Below are positions 12,585-27,000 of a stretch of 64,000 nt of DNA, piece by piece. The DNA is from Octopus sinensis (lineage: Eukaryota), in contig NC_043005.1 in the NCBI RefSeq assembly GCF_006345805.1, positions 35,836,001-35,900,000 on the forward strand, written 5' to 3'. Made by a program: the position numbers and the translations under genes. The number at the start of each line of letters is the position of its first letter. Position 1 is the stretch's first letter. The notes under the pieces were generated by a model, which did not search any database, was not told the DNA's origin, and saw only the letters and a list, made by a program, of their open reading frames with translations.

Positions 12585-14951
12585 CATGACAGGCTTCATT
12601 CAGTTTCCATCTACCAAATCTACTCACAAGGCACTGACCAGCTTGAGGCAATAGTAGAAGATACTTGACTAAGGTGTCATGTGGTCAGGAAGCAAGCTTC
12701 TTTCCACACAGTCATGCCCGTACAACAAAAAATTGATAGAAAATAATAAATGCTTAAACAAATTTAACAGATTTTGTGTATTTTGGAATGAGCCTTTCAT
12801 GCTGTAAGTTGCTTTAGTTTCAACAAACTATCTCAAATTAAATTACTTGCCAGACAAACCCAATTTTGAAATAACTATAGAATTTGGTCATTACATTCAT
12901 ATAATGGCCTTCTCATCTTGAGACTTTTCTGCTGTTGTATGTGTGCATATTTTATTTATTCCTTTAAGTTTTCTCTATTCTACAGTTTTGAATAACAAAA
13001 ATCTTATGAAATTTTGAAGAGTTAATTAAATCATTAAATAACAAGTTGAATAATAATAACTTGAGTGAAATTCATCACCACTAGAGGCATATAGACTTAA
13101 GGGGTATGTGGCTCATGATTGTAATATCTCAGGCTTAATTCAGGTAGTGAGCAGGCAGAAATTGTTGGCATGCTGGGCTAAATTCTTAGTGGCATTTTGT
13201 TCATCTTTATGTTATGAGTTCAAATTCTGCAGTGGTCAACTTTGCCTTTCATCCTTTCTAGAGTCAATAAAATAAGTACCAGCTGAACACTGGGGCCAGT
13301 ATAATTAACTTAAGCCTCTCTTCTGAAATTACTGGCCTTATCCTAAAATTTGAAACCAATATCTCAGGCTTAATTCCTGGACCAAGCAGTGCACTGTTAC
13401 CTTAAGCAATATACATCTTTTAACATTACTCCAGTCTAGTGAAATGAAAATGAGTAACAGCTGAATATCGAGGTAGCTCTCTCTCTCTCCCTTCAGCTGT
13501 TACAGCTTGGGTGTGCTGTTGGGTGAAAAGGTGGGAGAGTCAAGAGGTTACCTGTTGTCTATGTCTTTTCATAACTACTGTGCAGGTACCTAAATACCAA
13601 TTAGTAAAAGCATGGCATATTTTACTAATGACCCCTTTTGATACTAACCCGGCCAAAACCGGCTCTGGCTCTGTAGTATAAATGTCTTGTTTTCATAAGT
13701 TTTTCATTAAAATATACTACCAAACCTTAGTCACAATTTATGATCCTAACAGTAGCTGAATGATAAGTAAGTTATTTTACTAAATTCTTTGTTATATTTA
13801 CAATTAATTGAAAGAAACCCAGAGCATCTCAAAATGAATACAGTAACGAAAGGGTTAACCCTTTCGTTACTGTAGTTGAATAAGTTCATCAACATCACGG
13901 CCTTATTGTTTCATTCATTGTATGTGACACATAGTCAAACAACAATTGAAAAAAGAAACAACTGATAGAGTATGGCAGAAAACCTTCCCATATTTTGCAT
14001 GGTCATTGGTATAACAAAAATAAAATTGGGCTGGTCATAATGGAGTTGTCACGTAGTCAATGTTTTACTATAGTTTGTCGCAGTTATCATTTCTTTGTTT
14101 GAATTGGTGCATGCTGTGAGTTTTCAGTTGGAACATTTATAAAAAAATTGTGAATCTGAGGTTTTTTTTATCATGCCTTGTAATCAATGAAAATATGAAA
14201 TAGATAATTTACCCATCGAATGATACTTGGTACATAACAAGATTACCCTCAATAATGGTACAGTCCTTGAAAAGTTTAATATTCTTTGAAGTCAACCATT
14301 GCTTTGTTCCTTCACAGGCTATAAAAATAAAAAAAGCAGAAAAACATTAAGAATTGAAGGAACAACATTTGAAAAGTATAATTTTTAATGTCGGCTGCAA
14401 AGAATTTTCTGGAGTTGATAAAGGAACTGACATGATGAGAACAATAGAAAATTGGGGAAGGGGATTAATAAAGATGTTGAATATAAACAGGGAGAAGGAG
14501 AGAAAAGAGAGAGAGAGGGAGAGAGAGAGTGAGGGAGAGAGAGAGAGAGTGAGGGAGAGAGAGAAAGAAATACGTGTGTGTGTGTATATATATATATTAT
14601 GCTGTATAATAGAAAATTTGGCAAAAGAATATCACACACACCCTGCTATATATATACATATATCATCATCATCATCATCGTTTATCGTCTGTTTTCCATA
14701 CTGGCATGGGTTGGATGGTTTCAATGGGGACTGGTAGGCCAGTAGGCTGTGCCGGGCTCCAGTCTAATCTGGCAAGGTTTCTACAGCTGGATACCTTTCC
14801 TAATGCCAACCACCCCAAGAGTGTAGTGGGTGATTTTTACATGTCACTGGCAAGGGAGTCAGTCAGGTGGCACTAGCATCGACCACATTCAGATAGTACT
14901 TTTTATGTGCCACCAACACAGGAGCCAGTCTGGGGACATACATATACATAT

Positions 14952-15006
<55 letters not shown>

Positions 15007-18000
15007 CATACTTGTACTTGTTTTATTGACCTGAAACAGGTGAAATGCAAAGTCAACTTTCAAAATTTGAGTTGCGACCATAGTGGCCTCATTATTATTA
15101 TTATTAAGGTGGCAAGCAGGTAGAATCATTAACACTCTGGGGAAAATACTTAGCAGCATTTTGTCAGTCTTCAGGTTCTGAGTTGAAATTCCGCCCAGGT
15201 TGACTTTGCCTTTCATCATTTCGGGGTCAATAAAATAAGTACCAGCTGAAAACTGAGGTTGACGTAATCAACATATTCCTCTTCCAGAATTACTGGCCTT
15301 GAAGCAAAATTTGAAATCATCATTATTATTATTATCAACAACAACAACAACAATAAAATAATCCATAAGAACACTTACTTTTTGGGCAGGCTCCGTCACA
15401 TTTCACACAGGTGTTGTTTATTACTTGCTTCTCCACAGGACATTTTCTTACACATGCAGCATTATCCTTCAACATATGCTCTGTAACAACAGACTAATAA
15501 CACTGATAGAATACACTTAGAAAGCTAAAAGAAAATGGACAAAGAATATGAGAAATATTGCTGCTGACCTTTAATGTTTACCCTTTTGATAAAAATATGC
15601 CTTAGACTGCCTTTCTACCACTCAAAACTTACTGTTTTGAAGTGATCCAAATCAAAACCCTCCATCAAACATTCATGTTAAGGTTACTGGTTCAAGAGAT
15701 ACGACAACTGGTGAAGCAAGATCAAACATTTAACCCTTTCGTTACTGTATTTATTTTGAGATGCTCTGTGTTTCTTTCAATTATTTTAAATATAACAAAG
15801 AATTTAGCAAAAGAACTTAGTTATCATTAAGCTAGTGTTAGGAACATAAATTGTGACTAAGGTTTGGTGGAAGATTTTAATTAAAAACTTATGAAAACAA
15901 GACATTTGTACTACAGAGCCAGTTTCAGCCGGGTTGGTAACGAAAGGGTTAAGATGACAGAAACATCTGGCCCATGTTCATGAACATCTTACTCAAGAAA
16001 GTATGTGCTGTCATGTGGGAGTTTTGTCACCTACATTTGTGGGTGACCCCAGGCAGCTCAAGCATCACAAGTGAAAGGGGTTGAAACACCTACAGAGTTG
16101 CTATACTGCCTGATGAGACACTGAATCCTGCATTCAAAGATAAGAGTACAGGAGCACCCTCAGGACACAAGATTTCACTCTAAATGTTCCAAACACCAGC
16201 TAAATAACGACAAAATTATTTCACTAGATTCTTCATTATTTAAAAAATTGAAGTTAAGGCAATGTATTTCAACAGAAACATGATAACAGAAGGGTTAAGA
16301 TACTGCTTTCCAAACTCTCCAGTAGAAGCAGCCTTTTGTTTTTCTGATGGTAAAATTTCATAAAATGTAACATTTTATAGTTATCTCAAAGTAAAGGACA
16401 GGATTTGATTTACAAATTCATTTTTCCTTTATCATGTAGAATTGAAAAGATTTGTGAAAAACTGATGAAAGGGAAGTTGGCCGGAAACTACATCGATGTC
16501 AAATGTTAAACTAGAAGTTAAATGTCAGATTGGTTTAAACCTTTGGCATTCAGATTACTTTGTCAAATGTAAAGTTTATTCGCATTTCTTTAAAAACTAA
16601 TCATGCATTGTCTTGTAACTTTGATATTTTGATTATATGATTGTTTATTTTTAGAATGACATTGTAGAGTAAGCGTGAGAGGTCAGATATTGCTGGTTTG
16701 AACATAAAGGAGCATGAACATAAAGGAGGTAGAATATTTAGTCCAGATAGGGATGGTTTAAATATCAGATTGGTTGAATGGAATTGAGTTTGAGTTGGTT
16801 GTGATGGAAGGGGAGGGTGTAACAAAAAGTCACATTTGAAGATTCTCATCATATATAAAAGAATCATAGTTTCTAGGTATTTCAAATACAATGACAATTC
16901 TGTCAGGACTTCACATTTGATATGATTCCTCTAAGCAGAGTTTCATAAATTGGATTTCCTGATATAGGATGTCATTCGATAAAATTTAATAAAAATTTAT
17001 TGAAATAGTAATTGTATTCACCATTTTCAAAATAATAAATTATTGTGTTAAGTGTGTGTGCAAGTGTGCATGCGTGCATGTGTGTGTATAGAACATCTGT
17101 TTTCCATTTTGGTGTTGGGTGGACAATCTGACAGGATCCAATGAACTACAGGACTGCATTGAGCTCCATTATCAGCTTCGGTATGATTTCTGTGGCTGGA
17201 TGACTATCCTAATGCCAAACCACTTTACAGTGTGTACTGGATGCCTTTTTATTTTATGAGACTGGCACTCGTGGAGTCAACAAGTAAACTTGCAAGGTTA
17301 GACAAGATAAAACAAAAAGCAGCCCCCAACATTCTTGAATATCACAGCAGGAAAGGTTTTCAAAATAACAGTGTGTTATCAAAATAACATTTGAAGTCAC
17401 TGATAAGATAAGCTTTTAATGACATGCATCTGTCCTTTGAATGACCAAGATAATTTAAGGTAAGAAGTGGCACTTCAAACTGTTAGATAATCTACAAGAA
17501 GATACTAGTTTCTCAATCATGAGAATATAATTTGCATATACAACTTGGAATGTAATCATTGTGAGTAACTACAAAATTGCCATCTTTGAATGTGGAAACT
17601 GTCCTATGCCGATAATCACAGAAGGGCAAACCTCTTACCCTTCAACTTGGCTATCGTAGATGAATATTGATATGTTAAACCTCTGTGTAGTCTTGAGCAA
17701 GATATTAAAATGCATCTTGTAGGGAGGCTGTAGCTCAAGAGTTTAAGAGTTTGAGGGAGTATGGAGTCAAATAACAGAAGATGGTTTTGTGGCTAAATCA
17801 TGTAGGACTGGGAGAAAGGTTGACCTTTAGACATATGTCACACAGGCCCACTGGTGTGTGGACATGTACTGATGCTATATGAAACTCTGCCAAGAGTTAA
17901 TTAAGACAAGCTTGGAAGAGCAAGAGACTAGTAAGAATAATGGCAGAAAGTAATGGGAAGTCACTGCTGCAACTTTTTCTCCCCTGAAACATCATGAACT

Positions 18001-21000
18001 TTGGCATGGAGGCCCATGATTGCTGATGCCAGTGAAACAGGTGTGTCACATGAAGAGAGAAGAAAGAAACTGCAGTGATTTTTTTATCCATCTGTCAATT
18101 AGTAGAAATGTTTATTTTAAAAGTGTTTAACTCACTTGGACAATCTTTCACACACAGAGAGCCATAGGAATATTTGTAATTTGGATTCCGTTCCCATTGG
18201 AAAGTTTTTTCATTATAGATATACATTTGAGGACAGAATGGAACACATTCACCATCATCTTTGAATTTCCTACAAGCCTATAAGGAATAAAAGAAAGTAT
18301 TTCCATAAAAACACAATAATTCCAGATAAAGTTTGTGAAAGATAGAAAAATAAAAAGACAGAAGATATGATGATATATCAAATTGTAAGCCTGATGCTCT
18401 AACCACTAAGCCATGTACCTTCACTGTATTATCATAATATATATGATAACACCCTAAGGCCTCATTTATGTAACCATTATATTATTATATTATCATAAAC
18501 AGAACCACAAAAGAAACATCACACATATTCTAAACAGAAACTGGTTTATCAACTGACTGCCATAATTTTGATTGAAGAGTGCTAATTAATGATGAAACAT
18601 TATTTCCTGAAACAGGTTTGATATCACATAATGATGGAGTATCCTGGATCCAAAGAGATGAAATCAATATCTTGTGTGACCACCATTAGCATTGATTACC
18701 GCCAGGCATCTTCTGTACATTGAATGCACGAAACAACTGACGAAGCAACCCACACTCTGTTAAAACTCGCAGGGAGTTGTGCTGCAGTCGTTGGCCTTGG
18801 ATGGATGTCATTTAGCCTTCTTTAGATTTCATCCCACAGGTGCTCTGTGGGGTTCAAGTCCGGTCTTAGGGCAGGCCATGACAGTGTCTGGATGTTGTGC
18901 TGTTGGAGGAACTCTGTTGTCAACCTGGCAGTATGCGCACGGGTGTTGTCATGTTGGAACACATGATTTTGATGATGGGCAAAATATGACACAATATGAG
19001 GCATCAACACTTGGTTGATGTAATGAGCAGCAGCTACTCTACTGCCCTGGCCTTGGCTGATGTTTTGGAAGACCACCAGCCCAAGTTTCTGGTTGAGTGG
19101 AATCCTGCCCCATACCATGATGCTCTGTCCTTCACATGAGTCTCTCTCCACCACACAGTCATCGGCATGATGTTCACCCTTTCTTCTCCAGACCCAAGGT
19201 CTGCCATCTGTCACAGAAATGTAATGTCAACTTTCATCAGAGAAGACTACAATCCTTCACTGCTGATATCACCAGTTCTGACGTTTTTGAACCCACTGCA
19301 GACGTACCTGTCGATGAGGATCTGTGAGGATGGGGTCCCTAGCCAGATGTTGACAAGACAGATTGAAAGATCTAAGCCAGTGGCAAACTGTCTTTGCACA
19401 AATGGGTCTGTGGTGAGTCCCTATCATCTGTATAACTGATTCTGTTGCCCATCAGAATTGGTCCTATAAGTGTTGTTGGTGCAGGTGGTGATCTCACATG
19501 CTATTGTAACCCTCAGTCGGCCACTGCGTGGACAATTATTTGTGCTGTTTGTGACTTTGTATCATTCCCTCAGCCACTCAGTTGTCTGAATATTGCAGTT
19601 CAAGTCATTAGCACTAACCCATGGACATTGACCAGCATGGAGATATCTGATGGCTTACTCCCTCTGATTTCATGTCAGTTTCGGTATGCTTGCTTTGTTC
19701 AGAAAACGAATGACAGGCTGGTAAATTTGGGTGCCTTTTATACCCAATGAGTCAACGTTTTGCATGTGCATCATGCTTTTCATAAAGATGCATTCACAAG
19801 CATTACCATGTTCACGAAAAGTGAGTGAGTTTGAACCCTACATGCAATCCTTGTGTTTTCAAAACGGAGTGATGTTGTGGGTCAGTGATAACTTCCTGAT
19901 GTCAAATTACCTAGAAAAATAATAAAATCCATATAATGTCAATATCGTGTGTGAAACAAATAATCTTTTACAGTGTGACGTTTCTTTTGTACTTTAGTAT
20001 AATTATAAATAGATATACAATGGAAGAATGTAAGTAGATATAATACCAATGATTACAAACAAAATGCTACGTACAAGACAATCTCTTTTCTTGGGCCCAG
20101 TACATCCACTTGCACATTGAGAATGGCAACACTGATTCGGCAGTTTACCAAAACAACGATTGTCACAGGAAGCACTGCACACAGGACCATAACTCACTAA
20201 AAACACAAACAAAACAAACAGACAAAAATAAACAATATTTTTTTTGTTGACATTAAACAAAATCTGATCTTAATAAAAATGCAAAACAATTGAGAAATAT
20301 TTTAATTTTGAAATTTAACCCTTTAGCATTTAAACCGACCATATCTGGCCAAAATATTCTACCTGCTTCATGGTCAAACAGGCCAGATGTGGCCTCTCAC
20401 ACCAATCTTACAATATTATTCTAAAAATTAACAGTTACCTCATTAAAATCTCAAAGCAACAAGAGTGTTGTGGGTACATTTTTCATGACACTAGCATTAG
20501 TAATGGTCACCCCATAACATGCAAAGCTAAGACTGTAAAGTATCCCCTATAACAGAGGGAGGATAGAAGAGAGAGTGAGTGATGATTCTAGACAGAGAGA
20601 GATGAGGAATAGTAAGAGGGGAGTATGAGGGGGGAATGAAGGAGGGAACAAGGGAGAGAGAAGGGATTGATAATGGAATTCAGAGAAGAGGATGAGAGAT
20701 TTGAAAAGGTGATAGGGCAAGTTGTGTAAGGCAGGATGTGTCTAGGGTACTAAAATTAAAATAATCAACTGGTAGATAATATAAGGAGACCAATGAAAAC
20801 TTATAGCAGAAAACTAAGTCCCTTGGTCACGACTGTCTTGAGTCTTTAGACTCATAGGGTCAGTTATCCAGTTTCCATGACATATAAATGACTAAAATCA
20901 CAACATATTCTCTGAACAGGAAACCAATCTATTGCAGAGTTACCCCTCTATGGCTAAGCAGCCTAAATCAATGTGAAATGAAGTGTTTTACTCTTAAACA

Positions 21001-23058
21001 CAACACACCACCCAGTCTAAGAACAGAAACCACAATCTTGCAATTGTGAATGCAACATCCTAACTGTTAAGTCACACACCTTCAGTTACAACACAAAGGG
21101 AAGTTAAAATAAGTTCAATGCAACTCACATTTTTGGCACATGTCTGGTCCAGAACCCCAACAATTTCTTCGTTTTGTGGTATTTTGATAACAGCTGGAGT
21201 GGCATGGCTCACCTGTAAATATATACAATAAACCAATTAAATGAAATAAAATACCTCTTGCATGAAACAAGTGAGACAAGTTCCAAGTCTCAGTGGTTTT
21301 GTATGAAGGGGTACTAAAAAGTTCCTGGCTGTATGGGTATTGTGAAAGGTCTGGTTGGAGACCCAACTTACTGAGTTCTTTTACAGGGCTTATAAAAACT
21401 AAAGGACTGCTGCAATAAGTGTGTGAATCCAAGAGGGGAACATGTTGAATAAAATCATAATTAACTGATCCTCTTGTATTTTCTTTTACCCAAAGCCAGG
21501 AACTTTTCATCACCCCCATATATACCCATTCACTATTTATGGAATGGTTTCTGGGATAGAATCCTCAGGCACCTCCTCTATTGCAACCTGTCAGAAGCAA
21601 TCAACATTAGTCTACATTTGGATTTCCAAGTGTGACTGACTGGGACTATGGATATTATCCAATCATTTCATTCTTGGTTTGCCCCTATGTCTCTTGCCAG
21701 TTGGATTGGCTTGAAAAATCCATCTTGTGAGTCTACTCTGCAACATTCGGATCTGTGACCTCTCAATGCTGCAGTGGTGTAGTCACTGTCTGTCGCTGGA
21801 ACATGGCTGAGTCACTCTGCAGTCAATGGTCAAGGACCAAAAGACAAGCAATTCAATGGATTGCTAGGTTTTATAATAATCTAGAGGCTCCAGAAGAAAA
21901 CCTGGAAGACTGTGTTACAGGACCTTATCAGAAGGTTGCAATTGGTTGGTTTAAACATTGGCACGAAATAAAGCAAGAGTCAAAACTGCACCAAAACCAA
22001 CCAATCAGAGCAGTGGACACAACTGGGCCTAAGCAGCCGAAGGATGGCTGTTATCTGCCATGATGTTATTTGTATGATATCTCTCTAAGAGGGATAATGT
22101 ATTTCACTAAGCGCTACAAGCCTTTGAAGAAACCTCAATTCAGCTGCTTTTAGTTATCCGCCAACATTCATGATCTCAGTGATTAATCATTATCAAATCA
22201 TATCGTTTTACTGTTCTGTTAGTTCACCAAGAATGTTTGTGTCTAATAGAATGTAATGTGTGAGATACATTAGGGCATTGCACAATGTCATATGCTTTTC
22301 AGTTAGAAAAAGTAAAAACATTTGATTTTTAACTTTTAAACAATAAAGTTAAAAATTTTTTGTGAATCACTAAGAAACTCTTAGTGGTGATAATTAGTAA
22401 ATTGAGTTCAATGAAGGTTTGTTTTGAAATTAAAGCCATAATATTATAATACCGAATTAGATTTACCATTTAATATACACACAAATATTCTCTGATATTT
22501 AAAATACACAAATATATAAGTTTTTCTTATATTATAAGTTTTTCTTAGACTTCCTCTTCATCTGCTTTCTTCTACATTTATTTCCATCGTCCTCTCATTT
22601 TTATGTTCATCCTTCTCCAGCACATAACCCAGCCACTTCATACCATTTCTCTCTATACAGCACAACGACCATAACAAGTAGACTTCAACAGAGTCTCGAG
22701 AGTAGAATGATCTAGTTAAGATATTTACAGAAGCTGAAAGTTTAATCCTTTACTCACATGATATTTTTCTTAAGGCAAGAAGCAATAGTTAACTTACATC
22801 CTTCAAATAAAATTGAAAAATATATATTTTACTTCAATATCAAGGTTAAGTATTTCATGAAATGAGCTAATAATTTTGCTCAAATAATGCACAGATAGGC
22901 ACAAGTGTGGCTGCACAGTAAGAAGCTTGCTTCCCTACCACATGGCTTTGAATCCACTCACACTGCATGGCACTTTGGGCAAGTGTCTTCCACTATTGCC
23001 TTGGGTCAACCAAGGTGATGTGAGTGGATTTAGTAAGCAGAAACTGAAAGAAGCCCAT

Positions 23059-23114
<56 letters not shown>

Positions 23115-24012
23115 CATACACACACACATATTTATAGGTATGTATGAATATATCTCTGAGTGTGTCTTTGTGTCTTTGTCAGCACCACCACTTGACAAGT
23201 GGTGTTGGTGTGTTTATGTCCCAGTAACTTAGCAGTTTGGCAAAAGAGACCAATAGAATAAGGACTAGGCTTTAAAAAAATAAGCCCTGGGGTCGATTTG
23301 TTTGATTAAAACACATCAAGGCAGTGCTCTAGCATAGCTGCCATCAAATGATTGAAACAAGTAAAAACTTAAATAATTACACAACTCTGAAGAATCATCT
23401 CCAATTCCTCATTGTATATAAAACATCAAATGTAAAAATTTTTTTTATTTAAAATATCCTTTGTACCCTATTAATGTCACTGTGTGTGCAAAGTGTCATT
23501 TTACATAAAGTATGAACAGGTGAAATGCATCAAAAAGATTTTTTTAAAAAATGACATACATTGCCTCCGCACGCCTTCAGAATGGATGAATATGACTGGT
23601 GGATTTGAAGTGGGATTAATATCTGTCCAATTGACTGTCACTTCATAACACAGTAGGAGATTGTCTATAAATCCAACTTTTCCATTCAGGATTTCTGGAT
23701 TATAAAACAGAAACGGAGAAAGGTTAAAGTAAAAAAAGATTGGATAAATAAAAAACATCATGGTATATAAGCACAATAATTATTTGAACCAAAACAATAT
23801 ATTTTTCCTTCTATTTCTTTGGGGTTTTTTTTGGCAGGTGGTGGGGGTCAAATGTATGGTTTCTAGTTTTCAAAGTAAAATAACAAACAATATATTTTTC
23901 TTCATTTAAAATTCAATTGCTGATGAAATGAGGATATTTATAATATCAAGTTATAATAAGTCCATTATGAAAACATTGGTATAATACTTATTTAAATAAA
24001 TCCTTTTAATCT

Positions 24013-24046
<34 letters not shown>

Positions 24047-27000
24047 TGTATGTATGTATATATGATATAAATAATATATAAATATATGCATATATACATA
24101 TACATATATTTATATATTATTTATATTATTATAGGATCGAATGCCACGCATCCTTTTCCAAGTATATATAAATATTTGGAAATGTGACCGTGTGTGTACC
24201 GTTGGCAATTTTTTTCCCTCCGTCTTCCCTTCTCTGGATTTTTCCTTTTCCTATGTTTCTGACGAAGAGCTCCGCTCAAAACGCAAAACCATCCTTCTTC
24301 CCTTTCTTCCTTCCTGAGTGTCCAATAATACTATATTTGTTCCATGTCCTCGCGTTGTAGTGTGTTTTCTCTTAGTGTTTTCATGTTTGGATTAACTATA
24401 TATATATATATATTGTTTTCATATTTGGTTTGTATGATTCTTGATAAAAGAAACTCATGTATTGCAACAGGTTTTGTTGTACCTTGGGTGGGTCATTATG
24501 CCAATTATAAACACACACTAGTTCAATTTTACTTTTTTATTATTATTTGTCAATTGAAGGCAGTGAATTGGCAGAATCATTAGCATACTGGACAAAATGC
24601 TGCTATGCATTTTGTCGATCTTCAAATCCTGCCAAGGTCAACTTTGCCTTTCATCTTTTTGGGGTTGAAAGAATAAGTACCATTTGTGCACTGGGGTTGA
24701 TGTAATCAACAAGCCACCTCCCATCACCAAATTTTGAGCCTTGTGCTGTAGTATGAAGGATTACTATTTGTCAGTTCACAATGTAACCAACTAACTAAAA
24801 GACAGTTTGCTTAATCATCCAATTAACCAATCAATCAGACATATTTGACACAGTCCTATTATCATCTTTCACAACTCTCTGCTCTAGGTCAGTTTCGAAG
24901 TTAATTAGTTGGTTAAATAATGAATGACCATGGGATTGCACCAAGAAAGTTCCCAGTTGTTTATGGAAGGCCAGCTGTCGCCCACTCATACCAGCCTCCC
25001 CTCTCTACGCTACTGATGTCATCCAAGGGATAGCTAAACAACTGACAAATAATAAAGAAGTGAAACTGAACTGGTGCACATGTTTATTAGTGACAGAATG
25101 ACACTTCCAAGATACACCAATATACCTATATAAATTTAGCAGTACTAATACTGAAAGGTAAAATATTCACGACTTAAAAGTGGATGGTGTGTTAGAACAC
25201 ACAAATACTGTAATATTTACCTATTTCTTTATTACCCACAAGGGGCTAAACACAGAGGGGACAAACAAGGACAGACATAGGTATTAAGTCGATTACATCG
25301 ACCCCAGTGCGTAACTGGTACTTAATTTATCGATCCCGAAAGGATGAATGGCAAGGATGACCTTGGCAGAATTTGAACTCACAACGTAACAGCAGATGAA
25401 ATACCGTTAAGCATTTCGCCCGGTGTGCTAATGTTTCTGCCAGCTCGCCACCTTATACCGAAATATTTACCAAGAGAGAAAACCTCTCATATGTTTATTT
25501 GGTGCATAAAAGCATATCATAGTTATTGTCAGTGGCAGACAATCACTGCCACTTTTGCTGTTTGGAAGTAGTGGTGATTATCTGCTGTTGGTTATAACTA
25601 TAATGTGCTTATACGCACCAAATAACCATATGAGAGTTTTCTCTCTTAGTAAATATTGCGGTATATGTGTGTTCTAATGCAACTTCTACTTTTAAGTGGT
25701 GAATATTCTACCAGACACCAGTCTGATTTGGCATGGTTTCTATAGCTGGATGCCCTTCCTCATGCTAAGCACTCAGAGAGTGTAACGGGTGCTTTTATGT
25801 GCCCTCGGCATGAGTGCCAGTTGCATGACACTAGTATCCACCACAACTATGATTTCATTTGGCTTGATGGGTCTTCCTCTCAAGCACAGCATATTGCTAA
25901 AGGTCTTGGTTATTTGTCAATGCCTCCATGAGGCCCAATGCTCAAAAGGTGCTTTTTACATGTCACTGACACAGGTGCCATTTACGTAACACTTGCATTA
26001 GCCTCATTGCCTCCATGAGGTCCAATGCTTAAAAGGTGCTTTTTACATGTCACTGACACAGGTGCCATTTACGTAACACTTGCATTAGCCTCATTGCCTC
26101 CATGAGGTCCAATGCTTAAAAGGTGCTTTTTACATGTCACTGACACAGGTGCCATTTACGTAACACTGCATTAGCCTCATTGCCTCCATGAGGTCCAATG
26201 CTTAAAAGGTGCTTTTTACATGTCACTGACACAGGTGCCATTTACGTAACACTTGCATTAGCCTCATTGCCTCCATGAGGTCCAATGCTTAAAAGGTGCT
26301 TTTTACATGTCACTGACACAGGTGCCATTTACGTAACACTTGCATTGGCCTCATTGCCTCCATGTTGTGCCTCATGGAGGCAATGACTAGTGACTGACAC
26401 CTTTGGCGATATGCCATGCTTGAGAAGACCCATCAAGCTAAGAGAATTCGTAATCATGGCTGCTGCCAGCGTCATGTACCTAGCACTCATACCAGCAACA
26501 TGTAAAAAGCACCGGCAATGTGGCCGATGTTGGTGTTGCATAACTGGCATTTGTTTTGGTGGAACATAAAAAGCACATGTTGAGTGTTGGGCTGCATTGA
26601 GGTATCTAGCACCATGCTGGTAGCACAAAAAATTTACCTTTTGAGTATTGGGCCTCATGGAGGATCTAGCACATACAAACCACCTGTCAAGCATTGGGCC
26701 TCATGGAGGCAATGAGGCCGATGCAAGTGTCACGTAAATGGCACCTGTGTCAGTGACATGTAAAAAGCATTCCAACTTCATAAATCCAATACCGGCAATG
26801 ACTTGCCAACTAAAACGTTTATGAGATATGTACTTAATATCGTATCTCCCCTAGCAGGCCTGGTCATTTCCATAAAACACTTGACAATCCTCATCCTCTC
26901 AATCAAGCCTCTCAATCTTCGATTACGATACCGATTACGACTTCTTGCTGTAGTGAAAACTCATTATTTTGCCACGTTTCATGGTACTAAGTATCTCAAG

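Noticed and set aside
16460-16502. CTGATGA...GAAAC...GTC hammerhead-like string
   Set aside because: Neither helix I nor helix II can pair; treated as chance.
25921-26365. Regularly spaced repeats suggesting a CRISPR array
   Set aside because: Units are contiguous and near-identical with no unique spacers; eukaryotic context; no cas genes.
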